Shown here in pieces: positions 52,075 to 62,225 of a stretch of DNA of 64,000 bases. The stretch's first letter is position 1; the number at the start of each line of letters is the position of its first letter. The translations under genes and the position numbers were made by a program. The notes beneath the pieces were generated by a model that worked only from the letters and a program-made list of their open reading frames with translations, did not search any database and was not told where the DNA came from. The DNA comes from an uncultured Rivularia sp. (GTDB taxonomy: Bacteria; Cyanobacteriota; Cyanobacteriia; Cyanobacteriales; Nostocaceae): assembly GCA_963665115.1 (NCBI GenBank), contig OY762007.1, positions 8,480,001 to 8,544,000 of the forward strand. The letters are read 5' to 3'.

Positions 52075-53238
52075 ATGGGTCGTGTAGGCGTTTTATTACT
52101 TAATCTTGGTGGGCCGGATAAACTTGAGGATGTACAGCCGTTCCTTTACAATCTGTTTTCCGATCCGGAAATAATCCGTCTGCCTTTTAGCTGGCTGCAA
52201 AAACCTTTAGCCTGGTTTATCTCGACGCGACGAAGTACAACGTCTCAAGAAAACTACCGTAAGATTGGTGGTGGTTCTCCGTTGCGGCAAATCACTGAAG
52301 CTCAGGGAGAAGCTTTAAAGGAACAGTTAGCTGAAATTGGCGAAGAAGCAGAAATCTACGTAGGAATGCGTTATTGGCATCCTTACACTGAGGAAGCTAT
52401 TTCGGAAATTCTTGCTGATGGAATTGAGAAATTAGTTATTTTACCTCTTTACCCCCAGTTTTCTATCAGTACCAGTGGTTCTAGCTATCGACTTCTTGCA
52501 AAACTTTGGCAAGAAAATCCCAAGCTTAAACAGATTGAATATTCGGTAATTGCTTCTTGGTACAAGCAACCGGGTTATCTGCAAGCAATGAGCGAACTGA
52601 TAGCGCAGGAATTAGATCAATTGCCGAATCCCGATGAAGGTCATATTTTCTTCAGCGCACATGGAGTTCCCAAAAGCTACGTAGAAGAAGCTGGCGATCC
52701 ATATCAACAGGAAATTGAGGAATGCACCGATCTAATTATGCAAACTCTCAATCGTCCAAATCCCCATACTTTGGCTTATCAAAGTCGTGTTGGCCCCGTG
52801 GAATGGCTGCAACCTTATACTGAAGATGCGATAGAAAATTTAGCAGATAAAGGCGTTAAAAATTTAGTAGTCGTACCGATCAGTTTTGTTTCCGAGCATA
52901 TTGAAACATTAGAAGAAATCGATATTGAATATCGTGAAATTGCCGAAGAAGCAGGAATTAATAACTTCCGTAGGGTTCCAGCGCTCAACGTACATCCGGT
53001 ATTTATTAAAGCTTTAGCAGATTTGACTATTGATGCATTGAAATCTTGCAGTATTTCATTTGCAGAAGTTAACCAGATGAAGAAAAAAGTAAAAATGTAT
53101 CCTCAAGAGCGTTGGGAATGGGGTATCACCACCTCCGCAGAAATTTGGAATGGAAGGATAGCCATGCTTGGTTTTCTTGCTTTGATGATTGAAATACTCA
53201 CCGGACATGGTTTGTTTCATGCTGTGGGGCTGTTGTAG
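52075..53238 (+). CDS. hemH: Ferrochelatase with a C-terminal CAB/Hlip domain
   Basis: [47 protein letters not shown]. Confidence 0.96.
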   Translation: MGRVGVLLLNLGGPDKLEDVQPFLYNLFSDPEIIRLPFSWLQKPLAWFISTRRSTTSQENYRKIGGGSPLRQITEAQGEALKEQLAEIGEEAEIYVGMRYWHPYTEEAISEILADGIEKLVILPLYPQFSISTSGSSYRLLAKLWQENPKLKQIEYSVIASWYKQPGYLQAMSELIAQELDQLPNPDEGHIFFSAHGVPKSYVEEAGDPYQQEIEECTDLIMQTLNRPNPHTLAYQSRVGPVEWLQPYTEDAIENLADKGVKNLVVVPISFVSEHIETLEEIDIEYREIAEEAGINNFRRVPALNVHPVFIKALADLTIDALKSCSISFAEVNQMKKKVKMYPQERWEWGITTSAEIWNGRIAMLGFLALMIEILTGHGLFHAVGLL

Positions 53239-53363
53239 TCAGTTAACAGTTAACAGTGAGTTAATTACGGATTTAACGTTTTTTAATCTCAAATTTTAAA
53301 TATCAAATTTAACGTGGGGTGGGTATTAATGTTGCTCGCTCTATTTTTTTTGATCTTATTCTT

Positions 53364-53500
53364 AAAAAAAATCGGTAGGACTTTAAGAAGTCTTACCGAT
53401 AAAATACAATATAAAGAGAAGGATTTAATTTTAAAAAGAAAGGGATTAAAATAATTTAGTTTTCTGTTTCGTATAATTTATCTTTTTCTTTGGTTTGCTA
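53364..53500 (-). ncRNA. Putative small RNA, copy 1
   Basis: Follows the conserved promoter-like block; no ORF seen; ends in hairpin 53371-53400 with a minus-strand U-tract. Confidence 0.5.
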
Positions 53501-53592
53501 TATATCAGTGATAACCGATAATTCACTGTCAGTGCAAGGGGTAAATGGATATCTCATTAAAGCTTTAATTAGTAAGACCTTGATTACCGATC
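53498..53592 (-). promoter_or_regulatory. Conserved promoter/operator block, copy 1 (copy 2 at 54078-54172)
   Basis: 43 bp identical between copies (53498-53540 and 54078-54120); TTGCAC on the minus strand; CAGTGA-N11-TCACTG inverted repeat. Confidence 0.6.
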
Positions 53593-53926
53593 CGTAGTTT
53601 AAAATAATACTTTGAATTAAGCTATTTACATATTAGCTGTGACTATTTAATTAGCATATTCAGTATTTACACTACTTATATTATTATTTTGATTAAGATT
53701 TCAAAAAGAGTATTTATAAAACTAACGTTTTAACTTCAATTGCTTTATTAATTTACCTACTATTCCTTTTCTAGCCGTTCTGATAAGTGATAAGGTTCGT
53801 AGTCGGCGCTGCCTTGACTCGGACTTGGGACTAAAGTCCTTACTACAAACCCGTTATGATAAATGAGAAATATTACTACACCATTGTCTGTCTTGAAACA
53901 TCTTTTGAGATATGCATTATTCTTCC

Positions 53927-54080
53927 AAAAAAAAATCGGTAAGACTTTGTAAAGTCCTACCGAGTTAAGAAAAGTGCAATATTAAGAGAAGGTTTTTTCT
54001 TTTAAGGGAAAAGAAATTTAAGAAATTAATTTAATTTATATTTATTGTTTCGTATAGTTTGTATTATGTGTTTCTTTCTA
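53927..54080 (-). ncRNA. Putative small RNA, copy 2
   Basis: Paralog of copy 1 at a 580-bp offset; hairpin 53936-53963 with a minus-strand U9 tract. Confidence 0.5.
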
Positions 54081-54402
54081 TATATCAGTGATAACCGATA
54101 ATTCACTGTCAGTGCAAGGGATAAATGGATGTCTCATGGAAGCTTTAATTAATAAGACCTTGATTACCGATCTACAGTTACAAATAATACTTCAAACTTA
54201 GGCTTTTCACTTGTATATTGTGACTTTCTAACTGACAAATTAAATGTTTGCACTGATTATCTGAGTATTTAGATTAAAGTTTTACAAAGAATGCTCGTAT
54301 ATTCCTCAAAAAATCCCTCCGACTCTTATGTTTGAGGGTTTGTTCATATAGCCACACCCTTCGAGGGTGTTGAACAAAATGTTTATTTAAAAGCTAAAAC
54401 TC

Positions 54403-54945
54403 CTAACTCCTATTCCCCCGATACCAGTCATACCAAAGTTTACCGCTGTAAATTGCGAACCATAGTAATACTAAAGCAATTAAACCTCCGGGTGTTGGAG
54501 CGCCGAAAGCAAGTAGCATTAATGCAATGCATAAAGCATCTTGAATGAAGACAAACCATAACGGTAAGCCCTGCAAGCGAAAAAACCAACCGAGTTGAAC
54601 TAGCTGGAGTACTAAAGCGAATAAACCTCCAGTGATACCAATCAACCAAGCTGGGGATTCGGTTGCTGAAACTACAGCTAAACCCATAATTGCGCCCATC
54701 ACGGGGGAAAACAATATTTCGACTATTTGTAATATTCGTTGTCCCATGAGCTTTTTTGAAGCAGTAAGCTCAATTACCGACAAACTTGTGAGTAAACCCA
54801 GTAAAAATGGTGAGGAAATATTAGATAAAATTGGCACTTCCGACCAAAGTTCTTGACCTTGTAAAAGTCCAAAAAACAATACCGGCAGGGCTATTCGTAT
54901 CCCAACCGCCGCAGAAGCCGACAGTACAGCTAAGAGTTCTATCAT
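54403..54945 (-). CDS. DUF4126-like membrane protein
   Basis: LSASAAVGIRIALP start, EL.ASKKL.GQR, multiple TM helices. Confidence 0.75.
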   Translation of the reverse strand: MIELLAVLSASAAVGIRIALPVLFFGLLQGQELWSEVPILSNISSPFLLGLLTSLSVIELTASKKLMGQRILQIVEILFSPVMGAIMGLAVVSATESPAWLIGITGGLFALVLQLVQLGWFFRLQGLPLWFVFIQDALCIALMLLAFGAPTPGGLIALVLLWFAIYSGKLWYDWYRGNRS

Positions 54946-55039
54946 ACACGCACCCAGAACAATGAATTACATAAAAAGTAATTATTAAGACATTCAGTTG
55001 CGTATTTAGTTTAACCGGAAGAAAAGAAAGATGGGGAGA

Positions 55040-55196
55040 TGGGGGAGACAAGGGGACATTATTAAAGTAGTGAGTAGTGAGTAATGAGTAATAAGTAGCA
55101 AGTCGCGAGTAACAAATAGACGGGCAGAAGTACCGACATTTATGACAATAATAAAAAAGTGATTTACTTGCTACTCTCTACTCCCTACTCCCTACT
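55040..55196. repeat. Left arm of a long inverted repeat flanking purB (right arm 56642-56738, extended at about 56850-56976)
   Basis: 55099-55196 is the reverse complement of 56642-56738 apart from a one-base indel. Confidence 0.85.
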
Positions 55197-55247
55197 CCCT
55201 ACTCAATACTCCTAACTATTCCCAATGCCCCATGCCCAATCCCCAAT

Positions 55248-56543
55248 TTATATTCCTAACCGTTGATAAACTACATCTAGATGCTGTAAATGGTGTTTGG
55301 CATCAAAACAGGCTTCGATTTCTGGGGATGATAGTTTTTCTTGAACCCGAGTGTCTTTGGCTATTAAGTCATGAAAATTGCCGTCTTTTTTATTCCATGC
55401 TGTATGAGCGCTTTCTTGAACTATTTTGTAAGCTTCTTCGCGGTTCATTCCTTTTTCAATTAAGGTTAATAGCACTCTTTGACTGAATACTACGCCACCA
55501 TAACAGTTCATGTTTTGCTCCATGTTTTCGGGATATACCAACAAATTCTTAACTAAGTTGGTTGCTTCCCTTAGCATAAAATGGGTCAAAATACAAGAAT
55601 CGGGGAGAATTACTCTTTCTACGGAACTGTGAGAAATGTCTCGTTCGTGCCACAATGCGACGTTTTCCAAGGCTGCAACGGCGTTTCCACGCACGATTCG
55701 CGCCATTCCGGTTAGTCTTTCGGAACGAATGGGATTGCGTTTATGGGGCATTGCGGAGGAACCTTTTTGTCCTTTAGAGAAAAATTCTTCTACTTCGAGG
55801 ACATCTGTTCTTTGTAAGTTACGAATTTCTACAGCGAAACGTTCTAGGGATGCGGTTGTTAAAGCCAGCTGTTGGAGGAAATCAGCATGGCGATCGCGCG
55901 AAATAACTTGGGTGGATGCGGTGTCTGGTTGAAGTCCGAGTTTTTCACAAGTGAGTGCTTCTACACGGGGTTCGATATGAGCGTAGGTTCCCACAGCGCC
56001 GGAGATTTGACCGACTGCGATGGTTTTGCGTAGGGTATGCAAGCGCTCTTGGTTGCGTAAAACTTCGGCTAACCATCCAGCTAATTTAAAACCAAAGGTG
56101 ATGGGTTCTGCATGGATTCCGTGGGAGCGTCCAATCATTACAGTGTAGCGATGTTCCCTAGCTCTTTCGCGAATGGCTGCAATTAATTCTTCCTGTTTTT
56201 GGATAATTAAATCTAAGCTAGCGAGCATTTGTAGCGATAAAGCAGTATCCAGCACGTCTGAGCTTGTCATTCCCAAATGAATGTAGCGTCCAGCGTCACC
56301 TACATATTCGTTGACGTTGGTCAGGAAAGCAATGACATCGTGACGGACTTCGGCTTCAATTTCCAGCACTCGCTTAACATCAAAATTCGCCTTTGCTTTA
56401 ATTTCCCTTACTGCTTCGACAGGGATATAACCTAAATCAGCTTGTGCTTCACAAACTGCAATTTCCACTTGCAGCCAGGTTTGAAATCTGTAAGAATCAG
56501 TCCAGATATTGCCCATTTCGGGCAGAGTATAGCGTTCAATCAA
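55248..56543 (-). CDS. purB: Adenylosuccinate lyase
   Basis: IERY start, RHDVIAF, GRSHGIHAEP, GSSAMPHKRNP signature, WHERDISHSS. Confidence 0.96.
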   Translation of the reverse strand: MIERYTLPEMGNIWTDSYRFQTWLQVEIAVCEAQADLGYIPVEAVREIKAKANFDVKRVLEIEAEVRHDVIAFLTNVNEYVGDAGRYIHLGMTSSDVLDTALSLQMLASLDLIIQKQEELIAAIRERAREHRYTVMIGRSHGIHAEPITFGFKLAGWLAEVLRNQERLHTLRKTIAVGQISGAVGTYAHIEPRVEALTCEKLGLQPDTASTQVISRDRHADFLQQLALTTASLERFAVEIRNLQRTDVLEVEEFFSKGQKGSSAMPHKRNPIRSERLTGMARIVRGNAVAALENVALWHERDISHSSVERVILPDSCILTHFMLREATNLVKNLLVYPENMEQNMNCYGGVVFSQRVLLTLIEKGMNREEAYKIVQESAHTAWNKKDGNFHDLIAKDTRVQEKLSSPEIEACFDAKHHLQHLDVVYQRLGI

Positions 56544-56991
56544 GGTTCGCGCCACCGAATACAACTAATTCATTGTACAAGTAGGGGGTGGTAATTGGGA
56601 ATTGGGAATTAGGAGTAGGGAGTAGGGAGTAGAGAGTAACAAGTAGGGAGTAGGGAGTAGAGAGTAGCAAGTAAATCACTTTTTTATTATTGTCATAAAT
56701 GTCGGTACTTCTGCCCGTCTATTTTTACTCGCGACTTGTTACTCATTACTCATGACTTATTACTCATTACTTATTACTCATGACTCATTACTTATTACTT
56801 ATTACTCACTACTCACTACTCACTACTTGTTACTCATGACTTATTACTCATTACTCACTACTCACTACTTTAATAATGTCCCCTTGTCTATTACTCACTA
56901 CTCACTACTCACTACTTGTTACTCATGACTTATTACTCACTACTCACTACTTTAATAATGTCCCCTTGTCTCCCCCTCTCCCACCTCTCCT

Positions 56992-58257
56992 TCAAAAAAC
57001 CGCTCCCCGTCGAATCAAATCATCTTTTATCTGCTGGGAAATTCCTGGATTATTACCAAATCGGGTATTTTCAACGTTGGCACCTTTAAAATTAGCTGCA
57101 TCAAGGAAAGCATTATTAAGATTGGCACCTCTAAGATCGGCACTAATTAAATAAGCTGCATCGAGATGAGCATTTTTGAGGTTAGCACGTCTGAGGTCGG
57201 CTCGAATTAAGTTTGCACCACTCAAATAGCTTTTTATTAAGTTCGTACCTCTGAGCTTAGCATCGCTGAAATTTGCTCGAATTAAGTTAGCATTATTAAG
57301 GATGGCATCGCATAAATTTGCATTGCTAACATTAGCATTACTGAGGTCGCTATTAATTAAATTGGCACATATCAAATCAGCTTTTGTTAAATCGGCATAG
57401 CTTAGGTCTGCATTTGTAAGGTTAGCATTACTGAGATTCGCACTACTAAAGTCGGCTCCTTCTAAATTGGTATCGCTGAGGTTAACACCTTTAAGATTCG
57501 CACCCCTGAAGTTAATGCCTTCAAGATTGGCATTTTCAAAATTAGCATCGCACAGAATAGCACTGCTCAAATCGGCATCAACAAGATAGGTAAAGGTAAA
57601 TTCAGCACCTGTCAGCTTTTTTTTTTCAACTTGCTGATTGACAATCTGCCAAACTAAAAGCCACTTATCATCAAGCTTTGTTTTGGCATCAATTGTTGTG
57701 TTGGTCAAATTAACATACAAAAGATTGGCACCTTCAAGATTGGTACCTTCAAGATTTGCACCATCGAGATCGGAACTGCTAAGATCGGCACCTGCAAGAT
57801 TGGCTCTTTTAAAGTCAATATTGGTAAAGTCTTTTCCAAAAGCCCCATTTTCCAGAATATCTCGGACTAAACAAGATTTTTCATCATCCTTCGTGCCATC
57901 GCTCAAAAAATAAACATATTCAATGGGAATCCCTAAGACTTCAAGTAATTTCCCTTCTGCAAACAACTCTTGAAGCTTCTCAAGGGATAAAGTCGAACCA
58001 TTTAATTTAATGCTTCCTGCTTCTATATCGGTAACTGTTAAGTGTGTATCACCCGAAATTTTTCGCAGATGGGTTTCAATTATTCTCAACCTTACGGGAT
58101 TAATTTCATGTACGCTACCAGCAAGCACAAATACTAACTGCTCTTGCACTGCATTTTTTAAACTATCGGCTTGAATATAATAACTTTCGATGGGTTCGCA
58201 ATCATTACCACCATTCGGTTCAAAGTCGTTTTGCTCGGGTAAATTGCTATCCATCAT
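56992..58257 (-). CDS. Pentapeptide repeat protein with an N-terminal globular domain
   Basis: Extensive A(N/D)LxX repeats; LIRRGAVF end. Confidence 0.88.
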   Translation of the reverse strand: MMDSNLPEQNDFEPNGGNDCEPIESYYIQADSLKNAVQEQLVFVLAGSVHEINPVRLRIIETHLRKISGDTHLTVTDIEAGSIKLNGSTLSLEKLQELFAEGKLLEVLGIPIEYVYFLSDGTKDDEKSCLVRDILENGAFGKDFTNIDFKRANLAGADLSSSDLDGANLEGTNLEGANLLYVNLTNTTIDAKTKLDDKWLLVWQIVNQQVEKKKLTGAEFTFTYLVDADLSSAILCDANFENANLEGINFRGANLKGVNLSDTNLEGADFSSANLSNANLTNADLSYADLTKADLICANLINSDLSNANVSNANLCDAILNNANLIRANFSDAKLRGTNLIKSYLSGANLIRADLRRANLKNAHLDAAYLISADLRGANLNNAFLDAANFKGANVENTRFGNNPGISQQIKDDLIRRGAVF

Positions 58258-58764
58258 CTTGATTTTAGATTTTAGATTTTAGATTTTAGATTTTATGGTT
58301 TAAGTTGGAATTGCTTGAAATCAAAATTAAATATTATTGGTTTGTAGTAAGGACTTTAGTCCTAAGTCAGAGCGCTTACTACGAACCTATCCAAATTTAT
58401 AATTCGTTCTATCTATATATATAACAGTAGAGTTTTATTCTACTTTAGTTCCTATGCTTTTAGCAGCGAACAGTTATGAAGAACAAGATACAGCATATTT
58501 AGTTTTGGTGAAGTACATTCTGACGGGCAGGGATGCCCCGCAGTCGCTACAACGGAGGGAACCTCCGCAACGCGCTGCTCTCCATCCCACAAGACTTTCG
58601 GAATATAGCTTTGTACCTCATTTAGCTGCAAAGGGCTGTATTTAGTTGAATTACTTCTCCCCCATCTCCCCCTCTCCCCCCCTCTCCCCCCTCTTCCCCC
58701 TCTTCCCCCTCTTCCCCCTCTTCCCCATCTAATCCAACAGGAGTGAAAGAAATATATGTGCTGC

Positions 58765-58797
58765 AAAAGTGTCTCTAGTGTTTGGGACATCTTTTTT
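58765..58797 (+). terminator. Terminator-like hairpin upstream of the oxidase gene
   Basis: AAAAGTGTCTCTAG-tgt-TTGGGACATCTTTTTT. Confidence 0.5.
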
Positions 58798-58936
58798 AAT
58801 TAGCTCGTCATCAAAATGCATAAACTCCTGCAAGCCACCTCTATCAAATAACAGAGCGGTTGAAACAAACACAAACTTCACCGCATACATCGAAAGTTTT
58901 TGATCGCATTAATACACATTACCGAGGAATCTTGTC

Positions 58937-60445
58937 ATGGACACCAAATTTATGCTGCAAATGAGCGAATTAGCTAACACCAATACTTCAAAGCATATCA
59001 CCGTCTTGGGTGCAGGAGTTGCTGGTTTAGTTGCTGCTTACGAATTAGAAAAAATGGGTCACACGGTTGATATCATGGAAGCTTCTAACCGTATCGGTGG
59101 AAGAATTTGGACTCATCGCTTCGGAGAAGAAAAAGACGCTCCTTACGCTGAGTTGGGTGCAATGAGAATTCCCGGCGACCACCAACATACTCTACACTAT
59201 GTTAAAGAAATGGGATTGAGCGATCGCCTTTGCAAGTTTGTCACGGTATTTGAAGAACAAAACGCTTTCATCAACGTTGAAGGTAAAATCTTTAAGATGA
59301 AAGATGCTCCGAGAATTTTCCAACAACGTTATCAAGGAATCTTCACTGACGAACGTTACAGCGAACAAACTAGATTATTTGCAGCTTGGTTAAAAACCAT
59401 CGTTGATACCATTTCCCCAGGTAACTTAAGAGAAAGCTTGGATAACGATTTAAAATCGCATTTGATGGATGAGTTGGAAAGATTGGATTTAGAACCTTAT
59501 TTCTTAGAAAACGGCGAAAAGATTGATTTACAAGGTTTTGTAAAAGATAATCCTAGTTTCCGCGCTCGTTGTAGTAAAGCTTTAGATATGTTCCTTGGTG
59601 ACATCGTAGTTGAAACCAGCCAGGATTTATTACAAATCAAAGGTGGTACTCAACTTCTAATCGATCGTTTAGTTAAATCGGTAAAAGCTGAAATTAACTG
59701 CAATCGTCCAGTTGTGGGAATCAAAGTTAAAAACGGCTATACTCAAATCGATTATTTACAAGATGGTGAGCGTAAAACTCGTAAATGCGATTATGTTTTG
59801 TGTACAATTCCCTTCACCGTAATGAGAAAAATGGAATTAGAGGGATTTGACGACAGAAAATTGGCTTCGATTAAAAATACAGTTTATTGTCCAGCGACAA
59901 AAGTTGCTTTCCACACCAAAGAAAACTTCTGGGAAAAGCAAGGAATAAAAGGTGGTGCATCTTTTAGCGGTGCTGGTGTTCGTCAAAGTTACTATCCTTC
60001 GGTTAAATTCAATCCAGAACTTGGTAGTGTAATGTTAGCTTCTTACACAATTGGTGATGATGCCGATCGCTTGGGTAATATGTCAGAGGAAGAACGTCAC
60101 GGTTATGTTAAAGATGTTGTTTCCAACGTACATCCGGAATTACAACAGCCAGGAATAATTCAAGACGTTGCTTCAATTGCTTGGGGTAATTACGAATGGA
60201 GTGCTGGTGGTTGTACAATACATTGGGATGATTCCAATCACACTGCTAATTATTTAGAAGCTGCTAGACCTCAAAATAACTTGTTCTTCGCTGGCGAACA
60301 TTGTTCTAAATATCCCGCTTGGATACAAGGTTCGATTGAATCTACTTTGGAAGCTGTTTACGATATTGTTTCTCACGAAGCTTCTATTCCTGTTTCAACT
60401 TACTCTTCTACAAAGGTTGTAAAAAAAGAACTTGTTACCGTGTAA
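58937..60445 (+). CDS. Flavin monoamine oxidase / L-amino acid oxidase family protein
   Basis: GAGVAGL, EASNRIGGRIWT, ELGAMRIP, FFAGEH, GSIES. Confidence 0.9.
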   Translation: MDTKFMLQMSELANTNTSKHITVLGAGVAGLVAAYELEKMGHTVDIMEASNRIGGRIWTHRFGEEKDAPYAELGAMRIPGDHQHTLHYVKEMGLSDRLCKFVTVFEEQNAFINVEGKIFKMKDAPRIFQQRYQGIFTDERYSEQTRLFAAWLKTIVDTISPGNLRESLDNDLKSHLMDELERLDLEPYFLENGEKIDLQGFVKDNPSFRARCSKALDMFLGDIVVETSQDLLQIKGGTQLLIDRLVKSVKAEINCNRPVVGIKVKNGYTQIDYLQDGERKTRKCDYVLCTIPFTVMRKMELEGFDDRKLASIKNTVYCPATKVAFHTKENFWEKQGIKGGASFSGAGVRQSYYPSVKFNPELGSVMLASYTIGDDADRLGNMSEEERHGYVKDVVSNVHPELQQPGIIQDVASIAWGNYEWSAGGCTIHWDDSNHTANYLEAARPQNNLFFAGEHCSKYPAWIQGSIESTLEAVYDIVSHEASIPVSTYSSTKVVKKELVTV

Positions 60446-60549
60446 GTCAATTATCAATTATCAATTATCAATTATCAATTATCAATTATCAGTTATCAGT
60501 TATGAAGAACTAAATATTTATTTGAATTGAATTAATTTAATGTGTATTT

Positions 60550-60586
60550 AAAAGGTGTCTCCGGTGTTCGGGACATCTTTTTTTTT
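60550..60586 (+). terminator. Rho-independent terminator of the oxidase gene
   Basis: AAAAGGTGTCTCCGG-tgt-TCGGGACATC followed by T9. Confidence 0.7.
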
Positions 60587-60711
60587 ATAATTATGGTGGT
60601 AAACACAAATTTCAATGCTTTAATCTATCAAATTATCTGACAAAAATAATTATACGGGGTGGAGGTAGTGCGAGCATCTTGCTCGCTAGCTACTACGAGG
60701 GAGCGAGACGC

Positions 60712-60819
60712 TCCCACGACATTTTTACTACCATGAATTCCCACGACATTTTTATTACCATGAATTCCCACGACATTTTTACTACCATGAATTCCCACGA
60801 CATTTTTATTACCATGAAT
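60712..60819 (+). repeat. 27-bp tandem repeat, four copies
   Basis: TCCCACGACATTTTTA(C/T)TACCATGAAT at 60712, 60739, 60766, 60793. Confidence 0.9.
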
Positions 60820-60846
60820 ATATAAAGATAAATAAACGGGGAAAAC

Positions 60847-62193
60847 TTGATGTCGAGTCAATTACCAAATTGCATTACCACTCCACATTGGTGGCAATTA
60901 ATGAATTGGATAGCCGATCCAATTGAATTTCAAAACAAATATAGCCAGAAGTATGGAGATATTTTTACCATGCACTTATCTGGACTTGGTTTTTCTGTAA
61001 TTATCAGTAATCCTAAAGCGATTCAAGAACTTTTTAGTCAAGATTCTAAGTTTGATATCGGTAGAGCTAACGAACTTGCCGAACCTTTGATTGGTAAAAA
61101 TTCTTTGATGATGATGGATGGATCTCGCCATCGAAGAGAACGTAAGTTATTAATGCCTGCCTTTCATGGCGAAAAAATCCAAGCTTATGCTAAACAAATT
61201 GTAGATATCACCGAAAATATTGCTGGTAAATGGCAAGTGGGTGAATCTTTTATTGTCCGCTCTACAATGCAGAAAATAAGTTTAGAAATAATTTTACAAG
61301 TTGTCTTTGGCTTGAGTGAAGGGAAACGCTACGAACAACTTAAACCTTTACTTACAGATTGGCTTGATATGACCGATTCCCCTTTACGTTCAAGTATGCT
61401 GTTTCTCAAATTTCTACAAAAGGATTGGGGAAATTGGACACCTTGGGGAAAGATGAGACAAAGACAGCGCCAAGTTTACGATTTACTCCAAGCAGAAATT
61501 GAAGACAAAAGAACAAAAAAAGATAATACAGGTAACGATGTTCTCAGCTTGATGATGGCAGTACAAGATGAAAATGGTCAAGCAATGAGCGATGATGAAT
61601 TAAAAGATGAACTGCTAACAATGTTATTTGCCGGACATGAAACTACTGCCACAACATTGTCATGGGCTTTTTATCAAATTTATCAAAACCCAAATATAAT
61701 CGAAAAATTGCAAATTGAATTAGAAAATTTGGGAGAAAATCCCAACCTATTAGAAATTGCTAAACTTCCTTATTTATCAGCAATCTGTCAAGAAACGCTA
61801 AGGATGTATCCAGTGCTTCCGGTGCTTTTCCCACGCATCGCCTTAGCACCCATCAAAATTGCTGGATACCAATTTGATGCCGAAACAACCTTTATGCCAA
61901 GTGTTTATTTAGTTCATTACCGGGAAGATTTATATCCCGAACCCGAAAAGTTTAAACCAGAACGTTTTCTTGAACGACAATATTCTGCTTCCGAATACTT
62001 TCCCTTTGGTGGTGGAAGTCGGCGATGTTTGGGATATGCTTTAGCTCAATTAGAAATGAAATTAGTTTTAGCAACAGTTATATCTAAATATCAACTTGCT
62101 TGTGCAGAAGATAAACCTGTAAAAATACAGCGTCGCGGTTTTACCCTAGCTCCTACTGGTGGTGTGAACATGGTTATGAAAGGGAAGAGGTAA
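60847..62193 (+). CDS. Cytochrome P450 (CYP110-like)
   Basis: AGHETT I-helix, [18 protein letters not shown] heme Cys. Confidence 0.93.
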   Translation: MMSSQLPNCITTPHWWQLMNWIADPIEFQNKYSQKYGDIFTMHLSGLGFSVIISNPKAIQELFSQDSKFDIGRANELAEPLIGKNSLMMMDGSRHRRERKLLMPAFHGEKIQAYAKQIVDITENIAGKWQVGESFIVRSTMQKISLEIILQVVFGLSEGKRYEQLKPLLTDWLDMTDSPLRSSMLFLKFLQKDWGNWTPWGKMRQRQRQVYDLLQAEIEDKRTKKDNTGNDVLSLMMAVQDENGQAMSDDELKDELLTMLFAGHETTATTLSWAFYQIYQNPNIIEKLQIELENLGENPNLLEIAKLPYLSAICQETLRMYPVLPVLFPRIALAPIKIAGYQFDAETTFMPSVYLVHYREDLYPEPEKFKPERFLERQYSASEYFPFGGGSRRCLGYALAQLEMKLVLATVISKYQLACAEDKPVKIQRRGFTLAPTGGVNMVMKGKR

Positions 62194-62225
62194 TTGGTAA
62201 TTGGTAATTGGTAATTGGTAATTCC

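Noticed and set aside
56876..57154. 92-aa ORF with LLTTHY repeats
   Set aside because: STRR translation running antisense into the pentapeptide gene
58452..58790. ORFs with GGR repeats
   Set aside because: Made of REP elements and CCCCCTCT(T/C) tracts
60628..60861. 77-aa ORF with GNKNVVGIH repeats, or a possible CRISPR array
   Set aside because: Translation of a spacer-less 27-bp tandem repeat; no cas genes in the window
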